In this document: piece by piece, positions 1-10,182 of the stretch
How positions within the stretch are numbered: the first letter of the stretch is position 1
Layout of the letters: every line of letters starts with the position of its first letter
Assembly (NCBI GenBank): GCA_963784355.1
Contig: CAWAQU010000009.1
Span: 64,001 to 128,000, forward strand
DNA length: 64,000 bases
DNA from: an uncultured bacterium
GTDB lineage: Bacteria > Patescibacteriota > JACMRA01
Reading direction: 5' to 3'
Made by a program: the position numbers and the translations under genes
Notes under the pieces: generated by a model
What the model saw: only the letters and a program-made list of their open reading frames with translations
What the model was told of the DNA's origin: nothing
Databases searched by the model: none

Positions 1-1
1 C

Positions 2-1156
2 AAATCAAGGAGTAGAAATGCTCAAGAAGCCCATGAAGCTATCAGGCCTGTAAATATAAACTTACTTCCGGATAAATTAAGAGCTAAATTGGACCCTAAA
101 CTTTTCAAACTATATGAGTTGATATGGAAACAGACTGTAGCTTCTCAAATGACTGAGGAAATCCGCAAAAGATTGAGCTTTGTACTTCAAAATACCCGAA
201 AAGACGAATTTAGAGGTTCTATAAGCTGGACCATTGAACCTGGATTTAAAATTGTCACCGGAGATAACATGGAAACCGAGCCAAAAATATCTTTCAAGCA
301 GAATCAAAAATTATATTTACAAGAGATTTTGTATTTCCAAAAATTTACTCAACCACCAAGTAGGTATTCACCGGCTAGTCTAATCAAAAAACTTGAGGAA
401 CTAGGAATTGGTAGGCCAAGTACTTATGCTAGTATCATTACCACTCTTACTGACAGAGAATATGCTGAAATCAAACAAAATATTATTCACCCGACCACTC
501 TAGGCCTAAAAATCAATGATTTACTAACTGATAATTTTAAAGAGATCACTAGTGCAGACCTAACAGCCAAAATGGAGGAAAGTTTAGATGAAATAAGTCG
601 GGGAGAAAAAGAGTACAAGCAAGTTTTGAGCGATTTTTGGTGGGATTTCAAAAAAGAGGTAGAAGAAAAATCCAAGTCACTGACTCAAGACAAAAGCAAA
701 TATAAATCTACGGAAACTGACGAGGCTTGTCCGGTTTGTAACAATAAAATGGATTTAAGGATAGGTCGTTTTGGGGAGTATTATCAGTGCCAGACCAATA
801 AAGAACACATGTTCCCTAAAAACTTTAAGGAGTACGAACAGGCTTTAAAATTAGCAACTGAAGAATTTGCAGGCCAAACCAAAGATAAAACTTGTGAATT
901 TTGTGGTAAAGACCTGATTGTTCGAGTTTCTAAATCTTCTTTAAAACCATATATTGCCTGCCCGGAATATCAAGTCGGTAACAAACACACAGTTTCACCA
1001 ATTAGCCTTGGTCCATGCCCTAAATGCGCAAAAGAAGGTAGAATAAATAAGGAAGCAGGTGTACTAATTCAGAAAAAAGGTTTTAGGGGTAAGGGCTTTA
1101 TCGGCTGCTCCTTACCAAAAGAAACTTGTGGCTATATCCAGACTGAAAATCGCTAA
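2..1156 (+). CDS. topA: DNA topoisomerase I, 3' part (gene starts before the window)
   Basis: Frame open from the window edge (KSRSRNAQEAHEAIRP); GIGRPSTYA motif; C-terminal CxxC zinc ribbons. Confidence 0.95.
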   Translation, partial: KSRSRNAQEAHEAIRPVNINLLPDKLRAKLDPKLFKLYELIWKQTVASQMTEEIRKRLSFVLQNTRKDEFRGSISWTIEPGFKIVTGDNMETEPKISFKQNQKLYLQEILYFQKFTQPPSRYSPASLIKKLEELGIGRPSTYASIITTLTDREYAEIKQNIIHPTTLGLKINDLLTDNFKEITSADLTAKMEESLDEISRGEKEYKQVLSDFWWDFKKEVEEKSKSLTQDKSKYKSTETDEACPVCNNKMDLRIGRFGEYYQCQTNKEHMFPKNFKEYEQALKLATEEFAGQTKDKTCEFCGKDLIVRVSKSSLKPYIACPEYQVGNKHTVSPISLGPCPKCAKEGRINKEAGVLIQKKGFRGKGFIGCSLPKETCGYIQTENR

Positions 1157-1204
1157 TTAAATTCAAAATTGACTATACAAAATAACTAAATTACATTTAA
1201 TACT

Positions 1205-1603
1205 ATGCCCACTAAAAAAAGTAATAAATTGATTGTCATTGGAGCAATTCTAATAATTTTAATAGCTTTACCCATAGTTTTTATATTTAGTAACCTGCAA
1301 TATCAAAGCAAGCAAACTACACAAACAAAAGAAAATACAGAAGCAGTTAAAACCGACACTACACAAACTGAAACGCAAAAAACTCAAGCTGAAGAAACGA
1401 AGGAAACTAGTACAGCTATTCAAAGTAGTCAAAATACTAGTGTCAGTACAAAGGTTGGAACTCCAACTACACAAACGCAAACTAGCACTCCAAAATCAGA
1501 ATCCACTTCCACTGCTAAAACTGAGACCATGACGCAGACTGAATCTGATGATTGGGAACCGGTTATTCCCGGCAACGTAGATTCCGGAGCACCTCAAGGT
1601 TAA
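1205..1603 (+). CDS. Membrane-anchored Thr/Ser/Gln-rich surface protein
   Basis: N-terminal Lys + hydrophobic helix, then low-complexity tail; TTGACT-17-TACATT promoter directly upstream. Confidence 0.8.
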   Translation: MPTKKSNKLIVIGAILIILIALPIVFIFSNLQYQSKQTTQTKENTEAVKTDTTQTETQKTQAEETKETSTAIQSSQNTSVSTKVGTPTTQTQTSTPKSESTSTAKTETMTQTESDDWEPVIPGNVDSGAPQG

Positions 1604-1670
1604 GATTAAATGAAGCTTGTCACACTTTAGTACTATATTAGTGAATAGTAAAATATTATTTATTCTCTAT

Positions 1671-2231
1671 ATGTCTAAAGTACTTATACTTCTTATGGCA
1701 GTTATAACTTTATTAGTTGCTGCCCCAACACAAACCGCCTCCGCTCAGGAATCAGCAAAAGTCTATATTGTAGCTGCTGAAACCGGGTTAAATGTCAGAA
1801 ATAAAGACTGCAAGGTCATTGATACTGTGCAGTACAATAAACAAGTTTACCCAGAAAACGCCAGCGGGAAACAACCTGTAAATATAACATGTAATCTGAA
1901 TAATGACTATATTGTAGAGATGATTTTAGTATCATATAAGGCCATGAGCAGAGACACCGGCTATGTTGCCAAAGAGTTTTTATCTCCAGTACAGGGAACT
2001 TTAAAAGTCTCAGAAAAAATCAAAGCCAATTCTGCTGATGGTTTAAATATAAGGGATAGAAATTGTAAGAAAGTTGCTGCAGTTCCAAACAATACTATTC
2101 TTGAAAATATAACTCGCACAGATGATTTCATAGTTTGCAAAGTACGAAATAATTATTATCAAATGCAGCCTATAGCTCGCAATGGAAAAAGTTTTTTTGT
2201 ATCTTCCAGCTTTGTAGGTGAAGTAAAGTAA
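1671..2231 (+). CDS. Secreted protein with two SH3b-like repeats
   Basis: Signal peptide ending ASA; repeats GLNVRNKDCKVI and GLNIRDRNCKKV; ATG 1671 preferred over TTG 1617. Confidence 0.65.
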   Translation: MSKVLILLMAVITLLVAAPTQTASAQESAKVYIVAAETGLNVRNKDCKVIDTVQYNKQVYPENASGKQPVNITCNLNNDYIVEMILVSYKAMSRDTGYVAKEFLSPVQGTLKVSEKIKANSADGLNIRDRNCKKVAAVPNNTILENITRTDDFIVCKVRNNYYQMQPIARNGKSFFVSSSFVGEVK

Positions 2232-2258
2232 ATAACACCTTAACATTACAACAAAGTC

Positions 2259-2286
2259 AAAAAAAGCCCTCACAATGAGGGTTTAT
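2259..2286. terminator. Probable bidirectional intrinsic terminator
   Basis: A-run + GCCCTCA CAA TGAGGGT + TT between convergent ORFs. Confidence 0.65.
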
Positions 2287-2313
2287 ATATTTTGGTATGT
2301 AATTTATGCTTAA

Positions 2314-2430
2314 TCAAATCCTTCCCATAGCTTTTGCATATACAAAAAAAATGCCGATTCCCGCACTCATCCAAAACGCAGCAAATAATATTTGTGTAAA
2401 AATAATTTTTAATTCTTCCTTGATTGACAT
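2314..2430 (-). CDS. 38-aa single-TM small protein (absent from the ORF track)
   Basis: Hand translation MSIKEELKIIFTQILFAAFWMSAGIGIFFVYAKAMGRI*; fills an otherwise empty gap and ends just before the terminator. Confidence 0.55.
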   Translation of the reverse strand: MSIKEELKIIFTQILFAAFWMSAGIGIFFVYAKAMGRI

Positions 2431-2491
2431 AAAATGTTTGTTTTTGTTTAAAAATACTACATTATATAAATTGTAATATACTTTTTTACTC

Positions 2492-2980
2492 TTGTCTAAA
2501 AATATTGTTATCGGAATTGATCCGGGTACTGCTACAATTGGTTTTTCCTTAATTACCGGCAGTAAAAAAGATCCTGAGATACTTGAATATGGAGTTTTAA
2601 AGACAATGGCTTTACCTGTAGATATGATGCCCCAAAGGCTTTTAGAGATTGGTTCGGATCTTGAAACTTTGCTAAATACCTACAAACCTAATATGGCAGT
2701 AGTTGAAGATTTATTTTTCTTTAAAAATCATAAAACCGTCATTAGCGTAGCCCAAAGTCGCGGTGTAATTTTGTACCTACTTGCAAAACACGGAATTAAA
2801 ACCCGATCTGTAACACCTCTCCAGGTAAAACAAACAATTTGTGGTTATGGCCGTGCCGATAAAAATCAGGTACAGCAAATGGTTAAACGCATATTCAAAC
2901 TTGATGAAATGCCCAAACCTGATGATGCTGCTGACAGCTTGGCTATGGCTTGGGTTGGTTTAGATCAAAAAAGTTTCTAA
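2492..2980 (+). CDS. ruvC: Holliday junction resolvase RuvC
   Basis: IGIDPG, VVEDLFF, GYGRADK, PDDAADSLA motifs. Confidence 0.95.
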   Translation: MSKNIVIGIDPGTATIGFSLITGSKKDPEILEYGVLKTMALPVDMMPQRLLEIGSDLETLLNTYKPNMAVVEDLFFFKNHKTVISVAQSRGVILYLLAKHGIKTRSVTPLQVKQTICGYGRADKNQVQQMVKRIFKLDEMPKPDDAADSLAMAWVGLDQKSF

Positions 2981-3021
2981 CTTGACACAAGCTTAATAAT
3001 ACGTTATCCATAAAGTATCAT

Positions 3022-3096
3022 CGGGATGTGGTGCATCGGTAGCATGCTTGCTTTGGGAGCAAGAGGTACAGGGTTCAATTCCCTGCATCCCGACCA
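3022..3096 (+). tRNA. tRNA-Pro (TGG)
   Basis: Acceptor CGGGATG/CATCCCG-A-CCA; anticodon arm CTTGC tt TGG ga GCAAG; T-loop GTTCAATT. Confidence 0.95.
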
Positions 3097-3132
3097 TTAA
3101 ATTAATAATAATTATTTATATATAACAATATT

Positions 3133-3417
3133 ATGGCCAAGAGCGTAAAATACAAATATCACCCACACGCAACAGCTAAATGTGCTAACTGCCAAAGTAT
3201 TTACACATTAGGTTTAACCGTTGAAAATCTTTCACTAGAAATTTGCGGTAACTGCCATCCGTTCTATACAGGACAAGAGACCTTATTAGATACTGCAGGT
3301 AGAATTGAAAAGTTCCAAGCAAGATTAAATAAGATGAATGCTGAGGCAACAGAAAAGAGAGATAAAACAAAAGCTAGGAAAACAAAGCAAAGCTTGGCGG
3401 ATTTAAACCAAGAATAA
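3133..3417 (+). CDS. rpmE: 50S ribosomal protein L31 (Zn-type, C-terminal extension)
   Basis: CANC...CGNCHPFYTG...DTAGRIEKF. Confidence 0.95.
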   Translation: MAKSVKYKYHPHATAKCANCQSIYTLGLTVENLSLEICGNCHPFYTGQETLLDTAGRIEKFQARLNKMNAEATEKRDKTKARKTKQSLADLNQE

Positions 3418-3576
3418 TTTCTATTTTCTTTAGATACTTAAATTTTAACTCAAGCTTTGGACCTAAAATGTTGAGTTAAACTATTTTTAGTCTTCACAAC
3501 AAGTAAAATATAGCAAAACACTGTATAAAAATTAACTTTTAATTTAAAGCTATTAATATAAATCCAAAACTTGGAT

Positions 3577-4383
3577 ATGCTTTCCGGTAAACAAAAATCA
3601 CAAATAATTACAATTATAATACCAGCCTATAATGAAGAACAAAGAATAGGTGCCACACTTGAAAAATACTTGTCGTATTATACTCAGCAATACCAAGACA
3701 ACTACGAAATTTTAGTTGTTTTAAACGGCTGCAAAGATAAAACTGAGGAAATTGTAGCCAGTTATCACAAAAGCCACTCTAATTTAAAATATTTGGTCTT
3801 TAATGAGGCCATAGGTAAAGGTGGGGCCATCAAAGAAGGGCTTAAAGTTGCTAAAGGTGAATTAGTGGGTTTCACTGATGCTGATAGCTCAACTAGACCT
3901 GAAATATTACATAGACTTTTTGCGATATTGGAACTGGTGCCTAGTGTAGATTGTGTAGTGGGTTCTAGAAGAATGGCCGGATCTATAGTCACAGGTAAAA
4001 CTTTTAAACGGGAAGTACTAAGCTGGGGATTTAACTCTTTAGTTAATTTATTATTTAATCTTGGAATTAAGGATACTCAGTGCGGTGCTAAAGTTATTAG
4101 AAAACATTTGATACCTAGTATTTTACCTAACCTCAGTGTTTCCAATATGGCCTTTGATGTGAATTTTCTAGTGGACACTAAAAGATTGAAGGCTAAAATC
4201 TTAGAAATACCGATAGAATGGGAAGATGATGAAAGAAGCACTATTAAAAGCCCGTTTAAAACATCTACAGCTATGGCCTTTTCAATTATCAGATTGAAGA
4301 TAATGTATTCACCATTAAAAGTAATTTACCCTATACTCGAGCCGATTGGTAGGTTTTTATTGAAGATATTGGTAGGAGAATAA
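3577..4383 (+). CDS. GT2 polyprenyl/dolichyl-phosphate glycosyltransferase
   Basis: IIIPAYNEE, GKGGA, FTDAD, DTQCGAK, FDV motifs. Confidence 0.9.
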   Translation: MLSGKQKSQIITIIIPAYNEEQRIGATLEKYLSYYTQQYQDNYEILVVLNGCKDKTEEIVASYHKSHSNLKYLVFNEAIGKGGAIKEGLKVAKGELVGFTDADSSTRPEILHRLFAILELVPSVDCVVGSRRMAGSIVTGKTFKREVLSWGFNSLVNLLFNLGIKDTQCGAKVIRKHLIPSILPNLSVSNMAFDVNFLVDTKRLKAKILEIPIEWEDDERSTIKSPFKTSTAMAFSIIRLKIMYSPLKVIYPILEPIGRFLLKILVGE

Positions 4384-4386
4384 TAT

Positions 4387-4980
4387 CTACACTACATTTG
4401 TAGAAACAAATTCAACAAGTTTAGAATTCAAATTTTTTAGAGTATTTAAATCCTCAGAACTTAATTTTAGGTAAAGGTGGTATTGCTTTCTGCCCATGCC
4501 TTCAGCTAAAGTTTCTTTAGTTGTGTTGAAGTAATCCGTTTTTTGATCAGCAAGTTCTGGCCATACACTAATTAAATCTACTGGAGAAAAAGAGATCAAA
4601 TTCAAAGCTTCATACTGAATGCTGCCTGCTATATTAGGTCTGGTAAGGATTATTAAACTCTGTTCACTAAAATCAGCGAATATATGACTCAGAATTCTAT
4701 CCATCTGCCCCGGTCTTTTTGAAACTGTATGTCCAAGAGTATTTAACTTGATTCCATCTACCTCAAAAATGTAGTTAGGATCCACTATTGCAGCTGCAGA
4801 CAAATTTTTTTCCTCATCTTCCAACCAATAAATTGCACCATCTTTTTGGCTTAAAGATTTTAGATATGTTCTCTCTCTGGCTGAAAATATATCTCCATAA
4901 TATGAAATCAACTTATACAGTTGGCTTATCAAACTGCTTTGATTCCTTGAGCTAAGTTTAGAGAAGCTTTTAAACGCCAT
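4387..4980 (-). CDS. Hypothetical protein
   Basis: Long ORF; likely ATG at 4980 (MAFKSF); no motif recognised. Confidence 0.7.
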   Translation of the reverse strand: MAFKSFSKLSSRNQSSLISQLYKLISYYGDIFSARERTYLKSLSQKDGAIYWLEDEEKNLSAAAIVDPNYIFEVDGIKLNTLGHTVSKRPGQMDRILSHIFADFSEQSLIILTRPNIAGSIQYEALNLISFSPVDLISVWPELADQKTDYFNTTKETLAEGMGRKQYHLYLKLSSEDLNTLKNLNSKLVEFVSTNVV

Positions 4981-5113
4981 ATCAATTCTATAATTCCTTA
5001 TTCTATAACAAACTTTTCGGTTTTTGTAAAGCAATGAAGCCTTTCTTACCCAAATTATAATAAAAAATATAAATTGAGACTTACTGAAAGCAATCTTTAA
5101 GTTAATTGATAAT

Positions 5114-7801
5114 CTAAAATAGTAACTTTGCTCTATCTCTTATTTCTCTTTCTACTTCTTCTCTATTTTTACCATATCTTTGTTTACTATTTTCAATAAT
5201 CCTTTTCTTTTTAGCTTCAGCTTCCTTCATATCAATTTTAAAGAAGTCATCAAATTCAGCATTGATATTGAATGGAGTAGTCCTTTGGCCATCTACAAGT
5301 AAAATCGCATTGTATGTACGTGCCTCCGGATTAGCAATATCTTGAACTGTTAGTGGATTAAACTCCTTTTCCAAATAAGTAGCATCATCTGCACTACAGC
5401 GATAAATAAATTTAGATGCGCAGTTTGCCATAATAGAGTCTTTAATACGCTCATCACCTTGCACAACAACCTGTTTGATAAACTGGTGAGCTAGGTAAAA
5501 CCCTACTTTATATTTACGAATTTCCTCCAGAGCTTTTGGAATAGCATCAAATAAAAAGTTTTGCATCTCATCAATATATACAAAAAATGGAGTTCTTTCC
5601 TGTGGTGTTATTTCTGTAGTTGTACCGTCTAAATTATATTTTAAACCATCACTTCGGCCCATTCCGGCCATTAAAAGGCCTCCTAAAATAACCATACCTA
5701 CCAAATAGGCTGAATTTTCACCGATCAAACCTTTGGCTAAAGAAACTAAAATTATTTTCTTGTTATCCATTGCTTCACGCCAATTGATTGCTGATTTTTG
5801 TTGACCTATCATGGGTTTCAAAAAGTCATTAGTTACAAAAGGGGCCAATTTTGAAGTGATATAAGGTACCATATTTTCCAGACTAGCCTCTCCACCAGCT
5901 TTAGTAGCTTCCTTTTCCCAAAAGTCAATTACTTCTGGCTCATCACACATGGCTAATTTAAAACTTCTAAAATCTTCATCTGCTAAAACTTTGGAGATTT
6001 CCATTAAGGTGCTTCCACTTTCCGGATGGCTCATGACCAAGCGCATGGAGTTTTTCATGTAATTCTCAAACATCGGACCTCCTGTTTTCTTCAAATCATA
6101 TAACTTATCCCAAATCGTAAACAGAGTATCAATTACCAAGGTTTTTTGCGTCGGCTTTAATGGATCACTTTCAAGCATGTTCAAACCAAGTGGCATGTCT
6201 GTAATTGCCGGTGAAAACAAAACTACATCATCCATTCGATGCTCAGGAATACGTCGCAAAATGTCATCTACACCTTCTCCATGAGGATCTACAAAACAGA
6301 TTCCATTACCCATTTCTATGTCTTGTAGCATCACATTCATCATTTCTACAGTTTTACCCGAACCTGAACCACCTAATGAGTAAATATGTCTATAACGATC
6401 CTCCATTTTCATGTAACAGTCTTTACTTTGACCCCTACTTACAGCCCTACCTATATATACGCTGCCCTCAGAAGGACCTGGAACTTCCAGCGGGATGGCA
6501 GGTTTGCGGGCCAAAAGCCATTTAATATTTGGAGTTTGAGTTAGATAATTGGGCAAATGCCAGATCGAATTTACTTCTTCTGTATTCAAAATTTGACTTG
6601 CATCTAAGTTTTGAGTTCTCAGCAAAAAGTTAAGTACTGATTCTTTTACATCACCTTTAGCTTTTTTAAATCCGTTAAAGGGTTTGGTGTCATAAATCTG
6701 AAATGCGGGTACGACACCGTCTACAATTTGTTTTGCTCTTGCCTCAGTAGCTCCACTACCTACAATTCTCAAAGTAAAGTAGAATCCGGGTTTACTAGCT
6801 TTCTCTTCCAATTTTTTAATAATTTCTTGCTGCTGGGGAGTGAGTTGAATATTTTGTTTTTTTCCACTCAAATCTAAATTTTGCTCCCTATCTTTAAGTT
6901 GATTTTTGTTTTCGTCATCTTTTTTTTCTTTGAGAAATAGCTTAAAAAAACCACCAATAAATTTGAATGCCGCTTTCATGAAATCAAATTCAGGGAAAAG
7001 CACATCTTTAGGATTAAATCCTTGATTGATTTTTAGAGCTAGATTTCTAGGTTTCTTTTGCCACCAATCTTCGACAGGAGTTATAACTAACTGTATTCCT
7101 ACTGATTCTTCCTTTGATAATCCTCCCATAGCATTGGTAATACTGTTTAAAGGGTCACCATCAGCTAATTTATATGTTTTAAAGGGCAATTCATATCTCA
7201 AGTTTAATTTCAACTCCTGACAATATGCTACTGTATTTTCTTTAAAAAAGTTTAAATTGGTTATTCTAACAAGGTGGGCTTTATTATAAATAGCAACGAT
7301 TTGTTTTTCCATTACTTCAGCCATGCTTTTATTACATACAAGCCAAAACCTTATCTCCTGATCAATATTTACGATTTCTAAACTAAATCTGGTACCTCCA
7401 TATAGCCAAGTTTCCCTTTTCTTCTTAGCATACTCTGTCATGATACCATAAAGCTGTTCCCCCATTGAAAGCGCTTCTTTATCATCTTTTTTACTATTAT
7501 TTTCTTTCTGGGATTGCTCTGCAGTTTCTTTTGGCACGCTGATTTGGATAATTACAGTCTCTTCCCAATCTTTTATCCTTTTCTTTTCATAAGTTTTTTT
7601 CCTAAAGTATTTAATACCATACCAAATACCTCCAGCCAATAAACCGGCAAATACTAGAAACAACAAAAAGCCTATAAAAAACCCATCTAATCCTACTCCC
7701 GAAGAACTTTGCTGGCTGCTAGAAACTTCAGTAGTGGAGCTAAATGTAGCTGTAGGCCTAGAGTTGTTTGTATTCTGTTGAAAAAGATCATTATCTTCCA
7801 T
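5114..7801 (-). CDS. Membrane-anchored TraG/VirD4/HerA-like P-loop ATPase
   Basis: N-terminal TM; Walker A GGSGSGKT, DPHG, Walker B YIDE, RKYKV..AHQ; type common in CPR. Confidence 0.85.
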   Translation of the reverse strand: MEDNDLFQQNTNNSRPTATFSSTTEVSSSQQSSSGVGLDGFFIGFLLFLVFAGLLAGGIWYGIKYFRKKTYEKKRIKDWEETVIIQISVPKETAEQSQKENNSKKDDKEALSMGEQLYGIMTEYAKKKRETWLYGGTRFSLEIVNIDQEIRFWLVCNKSMAEVMEKQIVAIYNKAHLVRITNLNFFKENTVAYCQELKLNLRYELPFKTYKLADGDPLNSITNAMGGLSKEESVGIQLVITPVEDWWQKKPRNLALKINQGFNPKDVLFPEFDFMKAAFKFIGGFFKLFLKEKKDDENKNQLKDREQNLDLSGKKQNIQLTPQQQEIIKKLEEKASKPGFYFTLRIVGSGATEARAKQIVDGVVPAFQIYDTKPFNGFKKAKGDVKESVLNFLLRTQNLDASQILNTEEVNSIWHLPNYLTQTPNIKWLLARKPAIPLEVPGPSEGSVYIGRAVSRGQSKDCYMKMEDRYRHIYSLGGSGSGKTVEMMNVMLQDIEMGNGICFVDPHGEGVDDILRRIPEHRMDDVVLFSPAITDMPLGLNMLESDPLKPTQKTLVIDTLFTIWDKLYDLKKTGGPMFENYMKNSMRLVMSHPESGSTLMEISKVLADEDFRSFKLAMCDEPEVIDFWEKEATKAGGEASLENMVPYITSKLAPFVTNDFLKPMIGQQKSAINWREAMDNKKIILVSLAKGLIGENSAYLVGMVILGGLLMAGMGRSDGLKYNLDGTTTEITPQERTPFFVYIDEMQNFLFDAIPKALEEIRKYKVGFYLAHQFIKQVVVQGDERIKDSIMANCASKFIYRCSADDATYLEKEFNPLTVQDIANPEARTYNAILLVDGQRTTPFNINAEFDDFFKIDMKEAEAKKKRIIENSKQRYGKNREEVEREIRDRAKLLF

Positions 7802-7841
7802 TCACAGTAAGTATAGCTCAAAAGTGGTGGTTATGTCAAAA

Positions 7842-9317
7842 CTAGTCTTTTGGCCCTAAATTATACCTAGACAGTGCTTCTGATCTAGCTTTTTGATGAT
7901 CAATAATTAGTTTAGGAGAGTAATCAACAGGTAGCCATTTATTTCTGTAAATCGCACCCTGATCAAATTTATCTGCTTGTAAATAGGGATTAAATATCCT
8001 AATTGGCTTGGGATCAGCCCCTACTGAAGCAGCCCACTGCCAACCACCATTATTTGAAGCCTCATCGTGATCAAGCAAGGTATACCTAAAGTATTCTTGT
8101 CCCCAACGCCAATCCACACCAAAATTTTTGCAAAGCACGCTACCCACAACCATACGCATTCTATTATGCATCCAACCTGTTTTGAGCAATTGATTCATTC
8201 CCGCATCTACTAAATCGTATCCTGTTTGACCGTTTACCCAAGCAACAAATCTCTCAATAGCAATACTCTTTTCAGCCCAGCGTATTTTATTTTGATGCTT
8301 TTCCTGCAATTCCAAATCTAATACAAAAGGGAAGTGGTATAATATGTACCTATAAAACTCACGCCAAAGTAATTCCGAAATATATGACTCTATGTTTTCG
8401 TTTTCCAAAATACTCGTTTGATATTTGTTTTTCAATTTACGAACAATGGTCGTAGGTGAAATCAAACCCCATTTTAAAGCCAGACTTAGGTGACTTGTAG
8501 ATTGTTCTTCAGTATCTAACGCTAAACTATTTCTAGATTCTTTATATTCTAGTATATCGTGACTTACAAAATGGTCTAGTTTATCCAAGGCTTGCTCTTC
8601 AGTATAATACCAGCTATCAAGCAAAATCGGTATTTGTAAGTTTGATAAATCAATAGAAAAATCGCCTAAATGTAAATTGGTATCTTTTTTTGCTACTATG
8701 TTTTCAATTTGACTTCTTAGTTCGTTTTCTGAAACACGTGTTTCGATCATTTTCAGATGATTCTTGCCCTCAGATATATTTTGGATAAATTCAACCTGAT
8801 TTAGATCTGCCTCTAAATAATATTTAGCATTTATAAAATCATTGAGCACAACTTTTTTAAAGGGTGTAAATACCGTGTATACGTTACCTGTAGACGAAAC
8901 AACTTGTTTGTCTATTCTCAATTGGTCTGGGAAACAAAATGCTTTTGCAACACCACTAAGGTTAAATAAATCTACAACACTTCTATCTCTTTTAAGTGCA
9001 TATGGCTCAATATCCTCATTGAAATAAAGTTGAACATCGTAAATATCAAGCAATTCTTTAAATATATCCACAGGTTTTCCACAGAATATCCAAAAATTAG
9101 GAAATTGTTTAGCAAAATTAGCCAGAGCCTTAGCTAAGTAAAGCCTTCGATTAAAGCCAACGTTAGTTCTTGGGTCTACAAGCCCATCATCAATGATAAA
9201 AACCGGAGCAAATTTTACATTATTCTCTCTAGCATATTTCAATGCTTCAAATAAAGCTGGATTATCTAACAATCTAAAATCTCTTCTTGACCAAAAAACT
9301 ACTAGCTTCTGTTTCAC
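7842..9317 (-). CDS. phrB: Deoxyribodipyrimidine photolyase / cryptochrome family
   Basis: RRDFRLLDN, TSHLS, ELLWREF, GWMHNRMRM, ASNNGGWQW, RIFNP. Confidence 0.93.
   Translation of the reverse strand: MKQKLVVFWSRRDFRLLDNPALFEALKYARENNVKFAPVFIIDDGLVDPRTNVGFNRRLYLAKALANFAKQFPNFWIFCGKPVDIFKELLDIYDVQLYFNEDIEPYALKRDRSVVDLFNLSGVAKAFCFPDQLRIDKQVVSSTGNVYTVFTPFKKVVLNDFINAKYYLEADLNQVEFIQNISEGKNHLKMIETRVSENELRSQIENIVAKKDTNLHLGDFSIDLSNLQIPILLDSWYYTEEQALDKLDHFVSHDILEYKESRNSLALDTEEQSTSHLSLALKWGLISPTTIVRKLKNKYQTSILENENIESYISELLWREFYRYILYHFPFVLDLELQEKHQNKIRWAEKSIAIERFVAWVNGQTGYDLVDAGMNQLLKTGWMHNRMRMVVGSVLCKNFGVDWRWGQEYFRYTLLDHDEASNNGGWQWAASVGADPKPIRIFNPYLQADKFDQGAIYRNKWLPVDYSPKLIIDHQKARSEALSRYNLGPKD
8732..8743. 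repeat. Palindrome AAACACGTGTTT, copy 1 (inside photolyase)
   Basis: tg-AAACACGTGTTT-cg. Confidence 0.85.
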
Positions 9318-9342
9318 TTGCTAAATGATTTTACTTAAAAAA

Positions 9343-9972
9343 TTAATACTTCTTGCTGTACATCACATCCTCCCCTGTTCTAGAGTAGTCTAAACTTGCG
9401 TCATCGCCAAACCACAAATTGATTTCGTTATTTGCTTCTTCAAGTGTCTCGCTAGCATGAAATAAATTATGAATAGCTCTACCTTCCACATTAGCAACTG
9501 CTGGGCTATCAACAGAAAAATCACCTCTAATGGTACCCATTTCAGCTTTAAAAGGAAGTGTATGACCTGCTAATTTTCTCACCATATCAATAGCTTGAAT
9601 TCCTTCAATTACCAAACATACTACGGGGCCACTGGTCAAATAGTCTATTAGTGAATCTACTACTTTAGTACCTATTTTATTTTTGTCACTTGTTCCCAAA
9701 AACTCTTCTGCATTTAAATTTAAATCTGAAAAAGTGCTAAGACCCTTATCTCCCAATCTATCAACCCAACCTTGATTTTCCATAGGCAAGTGCTTCATTA
9801 CGATCTCTCTAGTTGGAACAACCATTTTTAATGAAACAATTTTTAAACCAGATTTTTCAATTCTAGAAATAATTTCTCCTACCAAACCTCTAGCCACGCC
9901 ATCTGGTTTGACCATGGCGTAAGTTCTTTGCTTCTTAATACCTTTTATTGTTGGGTGCATTGTGTTAGACAT
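9343..9972 (-). CDS. ndk: Nucleoside diphosphate kinase
   Basis: MVKPDGVARG, SGPVV, GTIRGDF, NLFHAS. Confidence 0.95.
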   Translation of the reverse strand: MSNTMHPTIKGIKKQRTYAMVKPDGVARGLVGEIISRIEKSGLKIVSLKMVVPTREIVMKHLPMENQGWVDRLGDKGLSTFSDLNLNAEEFLGTSDKNKIGTKVVDSLIDYLTSGPVVCLVIEGIQAIDMVRKLAGHTLPFKAEMGTIRGDFSVDSPAVANVEGRAIHNLFHASETLEEANNEINLWFGDDASLDYSRTGEDVMYSKKY

Positions 9973-10013
9973 ATAATACTAAATCAAGTGTATTTGTATG
10001 TTTTGTCAACTTA

Positions 10014-10025
10014 AAACACATGTTT
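10014..10025. repeat. Palindrome variant AAACACATGTTT (1 mismatch), intergenic
   Basis: ta-AAACACATGTTT-ca upstream of ndk. Confidence 0.7.
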
Positions 10026-10182
10026 CAACTTTAAAACCAAGCTTTTATACTAATACAAAAATAACAGGTTGCTTTTGACTCAAGCAAACTTTTTTTGTTT
10101 GAAATATTGAGCATCTTAGCCATCTTAGTTAGCACACTACATAGGTAGAGTTGGTCTTTGGAATATTCCAACTTAAAATAAG

